A DNA stretch of 64,000 nt from Patescibacteria group bacterium (GCA_016176685.1 JACOWS010000002.1:94608-158607), one strand, 5' to 3'; shown: positions 52,101 to 60,565, counted from the first letter of the stretch. Translations and numbers: made by a program. Notes: generated by a model from the letters alone, not told the origin.

Positions 52101-52333
52101 TTGCGGCGGGGATGGTAGAGAGTGTGCGCACCATATTAACCCGCGGCGGCGACCAAATGGCATTTGTCAAAATCACCGACCACAGCGGCTCGATAGAGGC
52201 GGCGGTTTTCCCCCGGGTGTTCGCCGAGCACAAAGACATACTCAAACCCGAGACGGTTATCGCTCTCAAGGGGCGCCTAAGCCAGCGCAACGGCGAGCTT
52301 TCCATGGTGGCCGACAAACTCAAGGTGCTGTAA
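49151..52333 (+). CDS. dnaE: DNA polymerase III alpha subunit
   Basis: 1060 aa. PHP domain HLHVHSHYSLL. Polymerase core. Low-complexity insertion around residues 780-830. Confidence 0.9.
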   Translation: MAAPFVHLHVHSHYSLLKALPKIPDLVAAAKKEGCEALALTDLGSMYGTIEFIKECRKADIKPIVGLDIAAEGGGRIILLVENAAGYKNLLALITAANFAEHQGEPLVTLEELAGRTEGLLAIGNHLGGVRVFEYQKLFGKDNFYANVAMQEIFYIAPGDRRAWETLCAIGERGPADRGDINDEEESYAFPTAKEMQKRFSKEALDQTLAIAARCNLEITLGSWIFPPYLTQKGATYDQELRRNIEKGLADRGLTKTPAVCERIEYEYKIICDKGYSPYFLVVADLLHFARESGILATTRGSAGGSLISYLTGVTTINPLEYLLPFERFLNPERPKAPDIDMDFADNRRDEVIDYVRTTYGENRVAQIGTFGTMLARGVVRDVARALGHPYGLGDRIAREVPFGSQGFPMTLDRALEENSALKKMYESEPDVHDIIDLGKKIEGCARHISVHAAGVVIAPGPLLEYAPLQRDPKGGKIITQYDMYSITDEYGGVGLLKFDFLGIRNLAILAHAVKLVEHIRGIRVDIERVPVDDAKTFEMLARGETEGTFQLGGAGMTRYLKELRPTSIHDINAMVALFRPGPMETIPSYIERKHNPALITYLDPRMKDYLDFSYGLLVYQDDVLLSAIKIAGYSWLEADALRKAMGKKIPAEMEKQREKLIAGAVKNGMSPQKAEQLWKLIEPFAAYGFGKAHAASYGRVAYQTAYMKANFPVEYMAAVLTAEAGDIDTVSVMVRECKRMGVPVLPPDINESFGDFTVVLKGSGNPKVEPITRFAHGSVSTLGFPDPKKAPPPGGETEPSAKRTIGSPPGGGAAVKDSIRFGLYSIKNVGSGVADSIIAERKARGPFVSISDFLRRIKDQNLNKRGLESLIECGALDCLGELGSTDAGRGAMLASIELLLEYHREMSKEQPQDSLFAGQGDTADITLPPAEAATQAQRLAWEKELLGLYVSGHPLDRFTEQLSKRPMTLEELHKKMTPGMTAIAAGMVESVRTILTRGGDQMAFVKITDHSGSIEAAVFPRVFAEHKDILKPETVIALKGRLSQRNGELSMVADKLKVL

Positions 52334-52347
52334 TATACCTTTTATAT

Positions 52348-53574
52348 ATGGAAGAACGCGATCATAAAAAGTTGGGGCCGGCACTGGGCCTCTTTTACAT
52401 AGACCAAACGGTTGGCAAGGGGCTCCCTATGTTTTTACCAAAAGGGGCGATAATCAAACGCGAGCTTGAAAAGTTTGTGGTGGAAGAGGAAACCAAACGC
52501 GGCTACCTACACGTTATCACCCCCGACCTGGCGCGGTTGGAGCTATACAAAAAAAGCGGCCACTACCCGCACTACAGAGACTCCATGTACGCGCCCATTG
52601 TGATAGACGACGAGGAGTTTATGCTCCGGCCGATGACCTGCCCGCACCACTTCCAACTCTACCTGTCTCGACCGCACAGCTACAAAGAGCTCCCGATGCG
52701 CATTGCCGAGCTGGCACAGCTATACCGCTACGAGCAGTCCGGCGAGCTGATGGGCCTCCAGCGCGTACGCACATTTTGCCTGGCAGATGCGCACATTATC
52801 TGCGCGAACGAAGAGCAGGCAATGCAGGAAATGAGCGACGCGCTCGACCTCATCGAGCATATGGCGGGAGTATTTGGGCTCAAACTGGGCGAGCACTATC
52901 GTTACCGCCTGTCGCTTGGCGACCGCGCTAACACCGAAAAGTATTACAAAAACGACGCCGCGTGGGAAAAAGGCGAGGACATGCTGCGCCGCGTGATGCA
53001 AAACCGCGAATGCGAGTTCGAGGAGGCCAAAGACGAGGCCGCGTTTTACGGCCCCAAGGTGGACATACAGATGAAGAACGCCAATGGCAAAGAAGACACG
53101 GCGTTTACCTGCCAATACGACTTTTGCATGCCGGACCGCTTTAACCTCACCTACATCGGCGAGGACGGCAAAGACCACCGCGCGTTTGTGGTGCACCGCT
53201 CCTCCATAGGCGCCATAGAGCGCAGTATGGCGTTTTTGATAGAGCACTATGCCGGGGCCTTCCCCACGTGGCTCTCGCCCGTGCAGGCGCGGGTCTTGCC
53301 TATTGCCGACGCGCACAAAACCTTTGCAAAAGATGTTTTAAAACAATTGAAGGATGCCGGTATCCGCGCCGATATAGACGAGAGCAACGAAACGCTGGGT
53401 AAAAAAGTGCGCGAGGCAAAGACGGAAAAGATCCCCTACCTTTTGGTAATAGGCGACAAAGAAATGCAGGAGCAAAAAGCGGCGCTGGAAGGCCGCGACC
53501 ACGGCAAGCTCGGGGTACTGCCTGTGGCCGACATTATTTCAAAACTCAAAGAAGAAATAAAAAACCGATCTTAG
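52348..53574 (+). CDS. thrS: threonyl-tRNA synthetase catalytic core + anticodon-binding domain (no N-terminal TGS/editing domains)
   Basis: Starts MEERDHKKLGPALGLF, the beginning of the class II catalytic domain. 409 aa. The track ORF is artificially extended upstream in the dnaE overlap. Confidence 0.85.
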   Translation: MEERDHKKLGPALGLFYIDQTVGKGLPMFLPKGAIIKRELEKFVVEEETKRGYLHVITPDLARLELYKKSGHYPHYRDSMYAPIVIDDEEFMLRPMTCPHHFQLYLSRPHSYKELPMRIAELAQLYRYEQSGELMGLQRVRTFCLADAHIICANEEQAMQEMSDALDLIEHMAGVFGLKLGEHYRYRLSLGDRANTEKYYKNDAAWEKGEDMLRRVMQNRECEFEEAKDEAAFYGPKVDIQMKNANGKEDTAFTCQYDFCMPDRFNLTYIGEDGKDHRAFVVHRSSIGAIERSMAFLIEHYAGAFPTWLSPVQARVLPIADAHKTFAKDVLKQLKDAGIRADIDESNETLGKKVREAKTEKIPYLLVIGDKEMQEQKAALEGRDHGKLGVLPVADIISKLKEEIKNRS

Positions 53575-53617
53575 AGCTAAAGAACCGATCTTAGAGGTAT
53601 TACTGAGTCGCAACAGT

Positions 53618-53657
53618 ATGTAATATTTACTACACTATAGTTTCTTATTTATTACAT
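53618..53657. repeat. cassette-3 flanking element, copy A (ATGTAATatttACTACACTATAGtttcTTATTTATTACAT)
   Basis: Direct repeat of 54283..54322 (shared ACTATAG..TT.TTATTTATTACA). Terminal inverted repeat ATGTAAT/ATTACAT. Confidence 0.6.
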
Positions 53658-53697
53658 TCCTCTTACCTTATTAAGATGGTGTTGCGGTAGCAGGATA

Positions 53698-54280
53698 TTA
53701 GCCGAGTCTGAAGTGGATGCGCAGAGCCCGATCGTCTTCCACCCTATCAACGATCAGATACAAGACATCCCTACCCAATCCAAGCTCCGCTTTGAGTAAA
53801 ACAACAAACTCTTCACAATTATATGGATATATCCATACGCTATCCTGGAGTCGCACAAAACCGATACCAGTAAGTATTGCCCGCACCTCGCCACGGAGTG
53901 CGTCTTTCAGGGATATCAAAAATCACAACGCGCCACTTTTTATCCCATTTTTTGGGTTTTTTTACCTTGTAGCCGCGAAGTTCCCATTGAGCTACACAAT
54001 TCTTTCCTTTTTTAGTTAGTACAACAAAGGATCCCCGACGGGTCTTTTCCATCATAAGAAATCCCCCTGCGACGAGTCTGGAAATTGCTTTTTTTGTTTG
54101 ATATTTTTTCTGCCGTTCGTACTGCTTCAAAAAAGGTTTTAGCATTGATAGAGCGTTTGGGGCTATGAGTGCTGTGGAGATTACTCCAACCGCAGCTACC
54201 GAGCCGAGTACGGCACGCCGGACAGTGGTCATGCGCATTTTTTTCCGCAGGTCTTTCTCAAGAGATACAGGTGGTTTCAT
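53698..54280 (-). pseudogene. PaaX-like wHTH + Cas2-fold paralog 3, disrupted by a frameshift near 53900-53920
   Basis: Two overlapping ORFs. 53840..54280 ends ...KWDKKWRVVIFDIPERR (then out of frame). 53698..53919 is the C-terminal half ...LRGEVRAILTGIGFVRLQDSVWIYPYNCEEFVVLL. Restoring one A in a GAAAGA run reunites them. Confidence 0.55.
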
Positions 54281-54282
54281 AC

Positions 54283-54322
54283 TTGTAGCGGATAACCTAC
54301 TATAGAATTTTATTTATTACAA
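54283..54322. repeat. cassette-3 flanking element, copy B
   Basis: TTGTAgcggataaCCTACTATAGaattTTATTTATTACAA. Begins 3 nt upstream of the start codon. Confidence 0.6.
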
Positions 54323-54374
54323 TAAGTTTCGATTTGTCACAGATTTGCCACATCAGACTGGTATCAGGAAACAC

Positions 54375-54402
54375 AAAACCCGCCGTACGGCGGGTTTTGT
54401 GT
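54375..54402. terminator. palindromic terminator AAAACCCGCCGTACGGCGGGTTTT
   Basis: Perfect palindrome flanked by A/T tracts, downstream of the 54473..55393 gene. Confidence 0.5.
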
Positions 54403-54472
54403 TGGACAATGTTTTGCCTTGTCATCCATAGCCATTGGCGACGGAGGGGAGCTCACATCCGCTTTCTTTTAT

Positions 54473-55393
54473 TTATGCGCGGGCGCGAGAAATTTGCGCT
54501 GCGATGAACGGGTCGACACCGGACGGGATCTTGGCAGAGACCGGCTCGTTTTTGGAGAAAGTTGGCGCAGTTACCTCGGCTGACTTTTCAACACTCCGCT
54601 CTGCCGTAGGCGAACCAAAGAGAAACGAGTTCAGCGAGCGGTAGATGCCGGTCTGTACGCGCTTGACCACCAAGAGGTACGCGATGAAGAAGGCCCACAG
54701 CGCGAGGAAGCCCCAGTAGAGCGCGGTGCCAACCGGCCCCAGCTCCAAGCCCGTGTAGGGCACCTGCGAAAGGGTCACATACGGAGTGGTCGGGTTGTTG
54801 TAGACAACCGGGTTGTATTTGTAGCAGTTGGGATAGGTACCGTACCAGCCAGACTGACAGGCGGGCTGCGTGTAGGTATTGTAATAATTGTTGACCGGCT
54901 GTACCACCTGCGTCGCAGGAATATTGACCGTTACCGTATTGTTGTTGGTGTTAGTGTTGGTAACGGTAGTGGTCTGTGTTTGCTGTTGCTGTTGTGTTTG
55001 GGTCTGCGTCTGCGAACCGCCGCCGGTGGAGCCGGACGGGCCGTACGCAAAGCCGTAGTTGCTGTAAAAACCAGGAGAGGAATACGAGTATGAGGGATAG
55101 GAGTAAGAAGGAGTGGAGTAGCTGTACGAAGGATACGAATAGTCAATTGAGGAGGTGTAGCTCGGAGTATAGTAGTCGTAGGATGGATAAGAGTAGTCAA
55201 TGGACGACGTGTAGCTTGGAGTGTAGTAGTCGTAGGAAGGGTATGAGTAGTCTATAGAGTCGGTGTAGCTGGGGTAGTAGCCATAGTCTGCCGCATGAGC
55301 AACAGCCGGTGTGATAACCGGAGCGACAGAGAACACAAGCGCCGCAAAAGCGATGCTTACTGCACGAGGTGTGTTGGTCATGCTGTTTTTCAT
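54473..55393 (-). CDS. secreted Tyr/Ser/Pro-rich repeat protein with polyQ/T linker and C-terminal TM segment preceded by VPYTG
   Basis: 306 aa. Signal peptide. 3x 18-aa repeat SIDYSYPSYDYYTPSYTS then YSYPSYSYSSP heptad-like units. TQTQTQQQQQTQTTT. C-terminal VPYTG-LELGPVGTALYWGFLALWAFFIAYLLVV-KR. Confidence 0.7.
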   Translation of the reverse strand: MKNSMTNTPRAVSIAFAALVFSVAPVITPAVAHAADYGYYPSYTDSIDYSYPSYDYYTPSYTSSIDYSYPSYDYYTPSYTSSIDYSYPSYSYSTPSYSYPSYSYSSPGFYSNYGFAYGPSGSTGGGSQTQTQTQQQQQTQTTTVTNTNTNNNTVTVNIPATQVVQPVNNYYNTYTQPACQSGWYGTYPNCYKYNPVVYNNPTTPYVTLSQVPYTGLELGPVGTALYWGFLALWAFFIAYLLVVKRVQTGIYRSLNSFLFGSPTAERSVEKSAEVTAPTFSKNEPVSAKIPSGVDPFIAAQISRARA

Positions 55394-55558
55394 AAATTAA
55401 CGGCTTAACGATGCTATGTTATCACATCTAATAATTTTGTCAACTCCCCTCACGAGAGTCTAGCTAGGCACCTTGCAAGGCGCGCAGTTAGAAAATAGTG
55501 AAGAAAAATGGGAGGCGGGGGTTTGTGTATTGCTACACGCAACCCCGCCCCACCGATG

Positions 55559-56461
55559 TTATTGACGCACACCGCACACTTGGTGTGCGATGCCTGCCGG
55601 CATACCGTTGCGCGGCGGAATCTGGATATCATAACGATATCCAGCCGGCTTGCCACGGCAATTCGGGTCGTCCGCCCGGTCCGGCATGATTTTCTGGACC
55701 GCCACCGGGTCGGAGATGTGCAGGACGCATGCCCCGATTTCCCGGACGAAGACCGAGCCTGGGATTTTGCAGCCCCGGCGGCCCTGCTGTTGCTGCTGGC
55801 CCTGATACATGCCGGCCAGTTGAACCGGCTGCGGCTCGTCGGCGACCGGCGGCTGTTCACACCGCGCGAACTGGTTCGCGCGGTCCTCGGGCAACATGCC
55901 CGCGGCCCGCCCGGCCTTCCATCCGCACATGACTTCGACGTCATGTGAGGAAGGAGCGTAGGTCTGCAAAGCCTCCTCCTGCGATGCAGGTTGGTCGGCC
56001 TGTACCACCTGTTCTTCGGCAGGCGGCGGCAGGATTTGCTCCTCCCCGATCTTGACCGGTTCTTCGACCGGCTGGTCGAGGCGGTCGGCCAGCTTCTTGG
56101 TCGGCTGTTCGACCGAGGTTTTCTTTTCCTCGGTCGGGGTGGCCGGCAACTCGATCTTGGTCGGCGCGAAATACGTCGACTCCAACAACCAGTTGGACCG
56201 AAGGATGCCCAGCCCGGCCATAAAAAAGCTAAACAGCCCGGCCAGAAGGCCGACAAGAAAGAGGACCACAATAATTACGGTCTTCATCTTGCCGCCGGAC
56301 TTCGGCTTCGGCGAGTCCGGCGGCTCCGGCGTCGCGCCCGGGGCCGGACCAGTCGCCGCCTTAAGAGCGGCATTTTCCGCGGCGAGGCGCACGATTTCCT
56401 CGTGTGCCTCCACCAACCGGTCGGTTGGTGTTGGACGTTTCGTCACAGTCTTGGCCATCAC
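55559..56461 (-). CDS. hypothetical single-pass membrane protein with Pro/Glu-rich extracellular region and Cys-containing C-terminal domain
   Basis: 300 aa. TM helix VIIVVLFLVGLLAGLFSFFMAGL. Lies in the GC-rich patch. The alternative-frame ORF 55450..56271 is Arg/Ser-rich and was rejected. Confidence 0.45.
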   Translation of the reverse strand: MMAKTVTKRPTPTDRLVEAHEEIVRLAAENAALKAATGPAPGATPEPPDSPKPKSGGKMKTVIIVVLFLVGLLAGLFSFFMAGLGILRSNWLLESTYFAPTKIELPATPTEEKKTSVEQPTKKLADRLDQPVEEPVKIGEEQILPPPAEEQVVQADQPASQEEALQTYAPSSHDVEVMCGWKAGRAAGMLPEDRANQFARCEQPPVADEPQPVQLAGMYQGQQQQQGRRGCKIPGSVFVREIGACVLHISDPVAVQKIMPDRADDPNCRGKPAGYRYDIQIPPRNGMPAGIAHQVCGVRQ

Positions 56462-56615
56462 TGGCCTCCTTTCTGCCCCCGCAGGGGCGGTTTGTTATTA
56501 TTTCAGTACTTTCCCTCCTCCGCGGCACCTTCCGGCGCCGCGGTGGCGAAATTGTCTCCTACTTTAGCAAGGCCTTGCCTTGCTATTGCAGGGACATACC
56601 CGACCGCCTCTCGAT

Positions 56616-57257
56616 TTAATTCGAGGCGAGCGCGTATGTTCCCACAAACTCCGCCGTGACCACAAAACGGGCGGTCTTTTTGGCAAAGGACAGGTCGCAG
56701 GTCACCAACACCAGACGTTTGCCATCCTTGGGCATCTCTATCACATCCTCGTCGGCATCCGCAAGTTTGACCCCAACGACACTGTAGCGATACTCGGCAG
56801 AGCCGGAGTATACGCTCACCATCTGCCCGCTCTTCAAATTTTGTATCGAGTTGAAGGCCTTGTACGCCTGATTGTACACGACGGGCAGATTGCTCGAGTG
56901 CCCAAATAAAAGTACCGTCCCTTCCTCGCCAAGCAGAGCCGAGGTCGGGTAGCGCACCGCGCCCGAAAGGAGCGCTTGGTCGAGCACTTCTATGTCGGTC
57001 GAGGTCGGATTGTTGATTGCAACATCAAGGCCGATATTTTTGGCTACCACGCGCACAGGCGCCTCTTGCGCGCCACTTTGTGATAGTTCCTGTTGAGAAG
57101 CAGCGGGAGTCTGTGCCACCGCCGCCGTGGGGTCCGGCGTTGCGCCCACACCCCACAAAAAGGCGTAGGAAAGCAAAAATATGCCAACAAAGGTGGCCGA
57201 AAACGATTTCGGCTGGTTGAGTATGCGCGGTATGATGCCTCCTTTGCGAGTTTGCAT
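56616..57257 (-). CDS. sortase family transpeptidase
   Basis: 213 aa. N-terminal TM anchor. Catalytic His in LLFGHSS, Cys in LVLVTCD (TLxTC), downstream Arg. Confidence 0.8.
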   Translation of the reverse strand: MQTRKGGIIPRILNQPKSFSATFVGIFLLSYAFLWGVGATPDPTAAVAQTPAASQQELSQSGAQEAPVRVVAKNIGLDVAINNPTSTDIEVLDQALLSGAVRYPTSALLGEEGTVLLFGHSSNLPVVYNQAYKAFNSIQNLKSGQMVSVYSGSAEYRYSVVGVKLADADEDVIEMPKDGKRLVLVTCDLSFAKKTARFVVTAEFVGTYALASN

Positions 57258-57337
57258 AGTGTGTGCCCGGTGGTGTATACCTAAACCAGAGCTGTGAATA
57301 GCTTATGCCATAAACACCATTTTGTCAATAGCAAAGC

Positions 57338-57366
57338 TTGACATTAAAAATCTAATATGCTACGAT
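57338..57366 (+). promoter_or_regulatory. candidate promoter TTGACA-17-TACGAT, near-leaderless for the 57380 gene
   Basis: aagcTTGACAttaaaaatctaatatgcTACGATattttttacctatATG. Confidence 0.35.
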
Positions 57367-57379
57367 ATTTTTTACCTAT

Positions 57380-58273
57380 ATGACTGAACACAAAAAAGAA
57401 GAGTCGGGTGTCCGCGAGCTTTTTCTGCGCACTGTGGCCATAGTTGGCTTGGTGGCCGTACTCTTGCTTGGCGCATGGGGCATTATCCTTATCGCCTTTA
57501 ACCTTCCCAACCTTTTTAGTACTCTCGGCGGGAGCGTCAGTTCACTCTTTGCTCCGTCACAGCAGCCGGAGAGCGCTACACCTGCCATCGGTGCTATCGC
57601 GCAAGACACACCCGCCACTGTGCCCACAACAAAGAGCAACGCTGCAGTTGCAGCAAAGTCTACCGCTACCGCAAGCACAGGAGGCGCCAGTGCAAAGTAT
57701 GTCGCGAGCGGCACGCGCACCAACCTCTATGGCGCCGCGGACCTTTCTGTGCGCATTCTTTCCGTTGTGCCTGCCGGCGCGCGCACCAACGTGCAGTTTG
57801 AAGTGCAAAACATCGGTTCCAATGTAACCCCAAGCAACTGGACCTTTGACGCACAGCTCCCGCTTACCCCCGCCTACACCTACCGCTCGCAAGGCCAGCA
57901 GGCGCTCTACCCGGGCGACAAGATTGTCTACACAATCGGCTTTGACACGCCTTACACCTATACCAACTGGTACTGCACGCTCCAGTACCCAAACTATAAC
58001 TGCCCGCAGTACAACTATTCGTACAACAATCAGTACCCGTACAACTACTACAACTCTGGTACGTGCTACCACTACGACGGATACAACAACTACCCCACCA
58101 CTTGCCCCGGTGTAAACTACAACCAAAATTACTACAGCAATTATATTTACGGCTCTAGCAACTATGCATACTTGCCGCAGCAGACGGGCCGCCTGGTCAC
58201 GGTCACGGTTGACCCATATAATTTGGTAGCCGACTACAACCGCGCCAACAACACCGCCAGCGTTTCTATCTAG
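57380..58273 (+). CDS. membrane-anchored protein with CARDB/DUF11-like beta-sandwich and Tyr/Asn-rich C-terminal region
   Basis: 297 aa. N-terminal TM anchor. LSVRILSVVPAGARTNVQFEVQNIGSNV domain. YNYSYNNQYPYNYYN... low complexity. LPQQTG near the C-terminus, without a following TM segment. Confidence 0.6.
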   Translation: MTEHKKEESGVRELFLRTVAIVGLVAVLLLGAWGIILIAFNLPNLFSTLGGSVSSLFAPSQQPESATPAIGAIAQDTPATVPTTKSNAAVAAKSTATASTGGASAKYVASGTRTNLYGAADLSVRILSVVPAGARTNVQFEVQNIGSNVTPSNWTFDAQLPLTPAYTYRSQGQQALYPGDKIVYTIGFDTPYTYTNWYCTLQYPNYNCPQYNYSYNNQYPYNYYNSGTCYHYDGYNNYPTTCPGVNYNQNYYSNYIYGSSNYAYLPQQTGRLVTVTVDPYNLVADYNRANNTASVSI

Positions 58274-58283
58274 TTTAGCAAGG

Positions 58284-58399
58284 AGCGACGCCGCAAAAAC
58301 AAATAAAAAAGAGAGTCTAAGACGCGACGGCGTCGAGGCGAGGGAATTTATCAGCAGGAAATTCCCGCTCTCTTTTTTATTTGTTTTTGCGGCGTCGCT
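58284..58399. terminator. large bidirectional cruciform terminator between the 57380 gene and gyrB
   Basis: 32-nt arms AGCGACGCCGCAAAAACAAATAAAAAAGAGAG / CTCTCTTTTTTATTTGTTTTTGCGGCGTCGCT with nested hairpins GGGAATTT-9-AAATTCCC and CGACGGCGTCG in the loop. Confidence 0.5.
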
Positions 58400-60419
58400 A
58401 AATATCCAAGTTTGCCAACTTTGCGTTGGACTGGATAAACGACTTGCGGCTTGAGACATCCTCGCCCATCAAAATGTCGAAAACTTGGTCAGCGTCGGCG
58501 GCGTCTTCTACCGTAACCTGTTTGAGCACGCGCCGCGCCGGGTCCATGGTGGTTTCCCACAGCTCCTCCGGGTTCATCTCGCCCAAACCTTTGTAGCGTT
58601 GGATGTGGAGTTTGGATTTTTTGCCGGAACCAGATGGAAAATCACCTTCTGACGAGCGCAACGCGGCGTCTTCGGCAGTGAGCGAGGAGGAGGGTGATTT
58701 TCCATCTGGTTCCTCGCCCTCGCCTTCATCAACCACCTCTTCCTTGCCGACAAATTTCGCCTTTTCTTCCTCGCTGTAGGCGTACACCACCTCCTTGCCC
58801 TTTTTTATTTTGTAGAGCGGCGGCTGTGCGATGTAGAGGAATCCGCCGTCGATAACCGGCTTAAAGTGACGGAAGAAGAGGGTTAGCAGGAGCGTGCGAA
58901 TGTGCGCACCGTCTACGTCGGCATCGGTCGCGATAATAACCTTGTGGTAGCGCAGTTTGGTGAGGTCGAACACGTCGCCTATGGCGGTGCCGAGCGCCAG
59001 TATCAAATATTTAATTTCTTGGCTCGCGAGCATTTTGTCGAGCCGCGCGCGCTCGACGTTCAAAATCTTTCCGCGAAGCGGCAAAATCGCCTGGGTGCGG
59101 CGGTCGCGCCCCTGCTTGCCGGAGCCGCCTGCCGAGTCGCCCTCGACGATAAACAGTTCCGACTCGCTCGCCTCTTTGCTTTGACAGTCGGCCAATTTGC
59201 CCGGCAGGCCAAAACCTTCGAGTGCTCCCTTGCGCAAAACGGAGTCTTTGGCCGCCTTGGCGGCTTTGCGCGCCTTGAGCGCCAGCGCCGCTTTGCCAGC
59301 CATGGCGCGCGCATCCTCTGGATTTTCTTCCAAAAAGGCGGCGAGCTGTTCGCTCACTACACTTTCAACCGCGCCGCGCGCCTCCACACTCCCCAGCTTT
59401 GCTTTTGTCTGGCCTTCAAACTGCACCTCGCGCAGCTTCACCGAGATAACGGCGGTCAGACCCTCAAGCACGTCGTCGCCGGTAAAGTTCTCTTCGCTGT
59501 CTTTGAGTGCTCCAACTTTGCGCGCGTAGGCGTTGAGTGTGCGGGTAAGCGCTGTGCGAAATCCGGTGATGTGCGTACCTCCCTCGCCGTTGTATATGTT
59601 GTTTGCAAACGGGGAAATGAGTGAGCGTAAGCCCCCCTCAAAATAAAAAGATTGCGACGGAAAATCGGTGAGATAGTCGCGCAGGTACAACTCTTTGCCA
59701 ACCTCGGTAAAAGCAATAGTACTTGTGCGCGCGTCTATTATGGTGATGCGCAGACCTTTTACCAGGTATGCCTGCTCGCGCAGGTGCGAAACCACTTTGT
59801 CGAAGTCGTACTCGATTGTTTGAAAAATTTCAGGGTCGGCGGTGTAAGTCTGGACCGTGCCGTGGAGTTTGGAGGTACCAACTTTTTTGACAGCTACCTT
59901 GCGCTTGCCGCGCACATACTCTTGTACATACGCCGCGCCCTCGCGGTGCACCTCGGTGCGCATCCAAATTGAAAGTGCGTTTACTACCGACACGCCGACG
60001 CCGTGCAACCCTCCTGAAACCTTGTACCCTTCGCCGCCAAACTTGCCGCCGGCGTGGAGCGTGGTCATCACCGTCTCGAGAGCCGAGACTTTGGTTTGTT
60101 TGTGGGTGTCTACCGGGATACCGCGGCCGTTGTCGGCGATGCGAACGACATTGTTTGGCAAGAGAACCACCTCGATATCGTTGGCAAAGCCGCCCATTGC
60201 CTCATCGCGGCCGTTGTCGAACACTTCCCAAATGAGATGGTGCAAGCCGTCAGGACCGGTGGTGCCGATGTACATGCCGGGGCGGCGACGTACCGCCTGA
60301 AGCCCCTCGAGTACGGTAATGTCCTCGGCGCTATACCTATGGGGTTTTTTCCCCTGCGCGTCTTTAGGAGTTGTTTTTTTAGCCTTGTTTTCAGCCACAA
60401 AATTGAAGAAAGCCCACAC
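58398..60419 (-). CDS. gyrB: DNA gyrase subunit B
   Basis: 673 aa. GHKL ATPase, Toprim, acidic insertion near C-terminus. Confidence 0.9.
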   Translation of the reverse strand: MWAFFNFVAENKAKKTTPKDAQGKKPHRYSAEDITVLEGLQAVRRRPGMYIGTTGPDGLHHLIWEVFDNGRDEAMGGFANDIEVVLLPNNVVRIADNGRGIPVDTHKQTKVSALETVMTTLHAGGKFGGEGYKVSGGLHGVGVSVVNALSIWMRTEVHREGAAYVQEYVRGKRKVAVKKVGTSKLHGTVQTYTADPEIFQTIEYDFDKVVSHLREQAYLVKGLRITIIDARTSTIAFTEVGKELYLRDYLTDFPSQSFYFEGGLRSLISPFANNIYNGEGGTHITGFRTALTRTLNAYARKVGALKDSEENFTGDDVLEGLTAVISVKLREVQFEGQTKAKLGSVEARGAVESVVSEQLAAFLEENPEDARAMAGKAALALKARKAAKAAKDSVLRKGALEGFGLPGKLADCQSKEASESELFIVEGDSAGGSGKQGRDRRTQAILPLRGKILNVERARLDKMLASQEIKYLILALGTAIGDVFDLTKLRYHKVIIATDADVDGAHIRTLLLTLFFRHFKPVIDGGFLYIAQPPLYKIKKGKEVVYAYSEEEKAKFVGKEEVVDEGEGEEPDGKSPSSSLTAEDAALRSSEGDFPSGSGKKSKLHIQRYKGLGEMNPEELWETTMDPARRVLKQVTVEDAADADQVFDILMGEDVSSRKSFIQSNAKLANLDI

Positions 60420-60565
60420 AGGCTTTACCTATTTATTATACCAAATACCGGCCTATTTTGAAAGGGTGTGGATAGCCAATCCACCTTGCAAAACAAGGGT
60501 TCTAGGGGAGCGACCGGCACTTTGTTTTTTAAAGTCTATTGTATAAATAGGGTCAATTATAAATT

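Noticed and set aside
51973-52347. N-terminal extension of the thrS ORF overlapping dnaE
   Set aside because: Arg/Gly-rich junk in the dnaE overlap. ThrRS homology begins at MEERDHKK (52348) with proper spacing after the dnaE stop.
55450-56271. 273-aa minus-strand ORF, extremely Arg/Ser/Pro-rich
   Set aside because: Alternative frame of the GC-rich patch, with composition typical of an out-of-frame artefact. The overlapping 55559..56461 frame encodes a TM helix and more protein-like sequence.
57380-58273. LPQQTG near the C-terminus as a sortase signal
   Set aside because: It is six residues (not LPXTG) and is not followed by a hydrophobic segment or a basic tail. The protein is instead anchored by an N-terminal TM helix.
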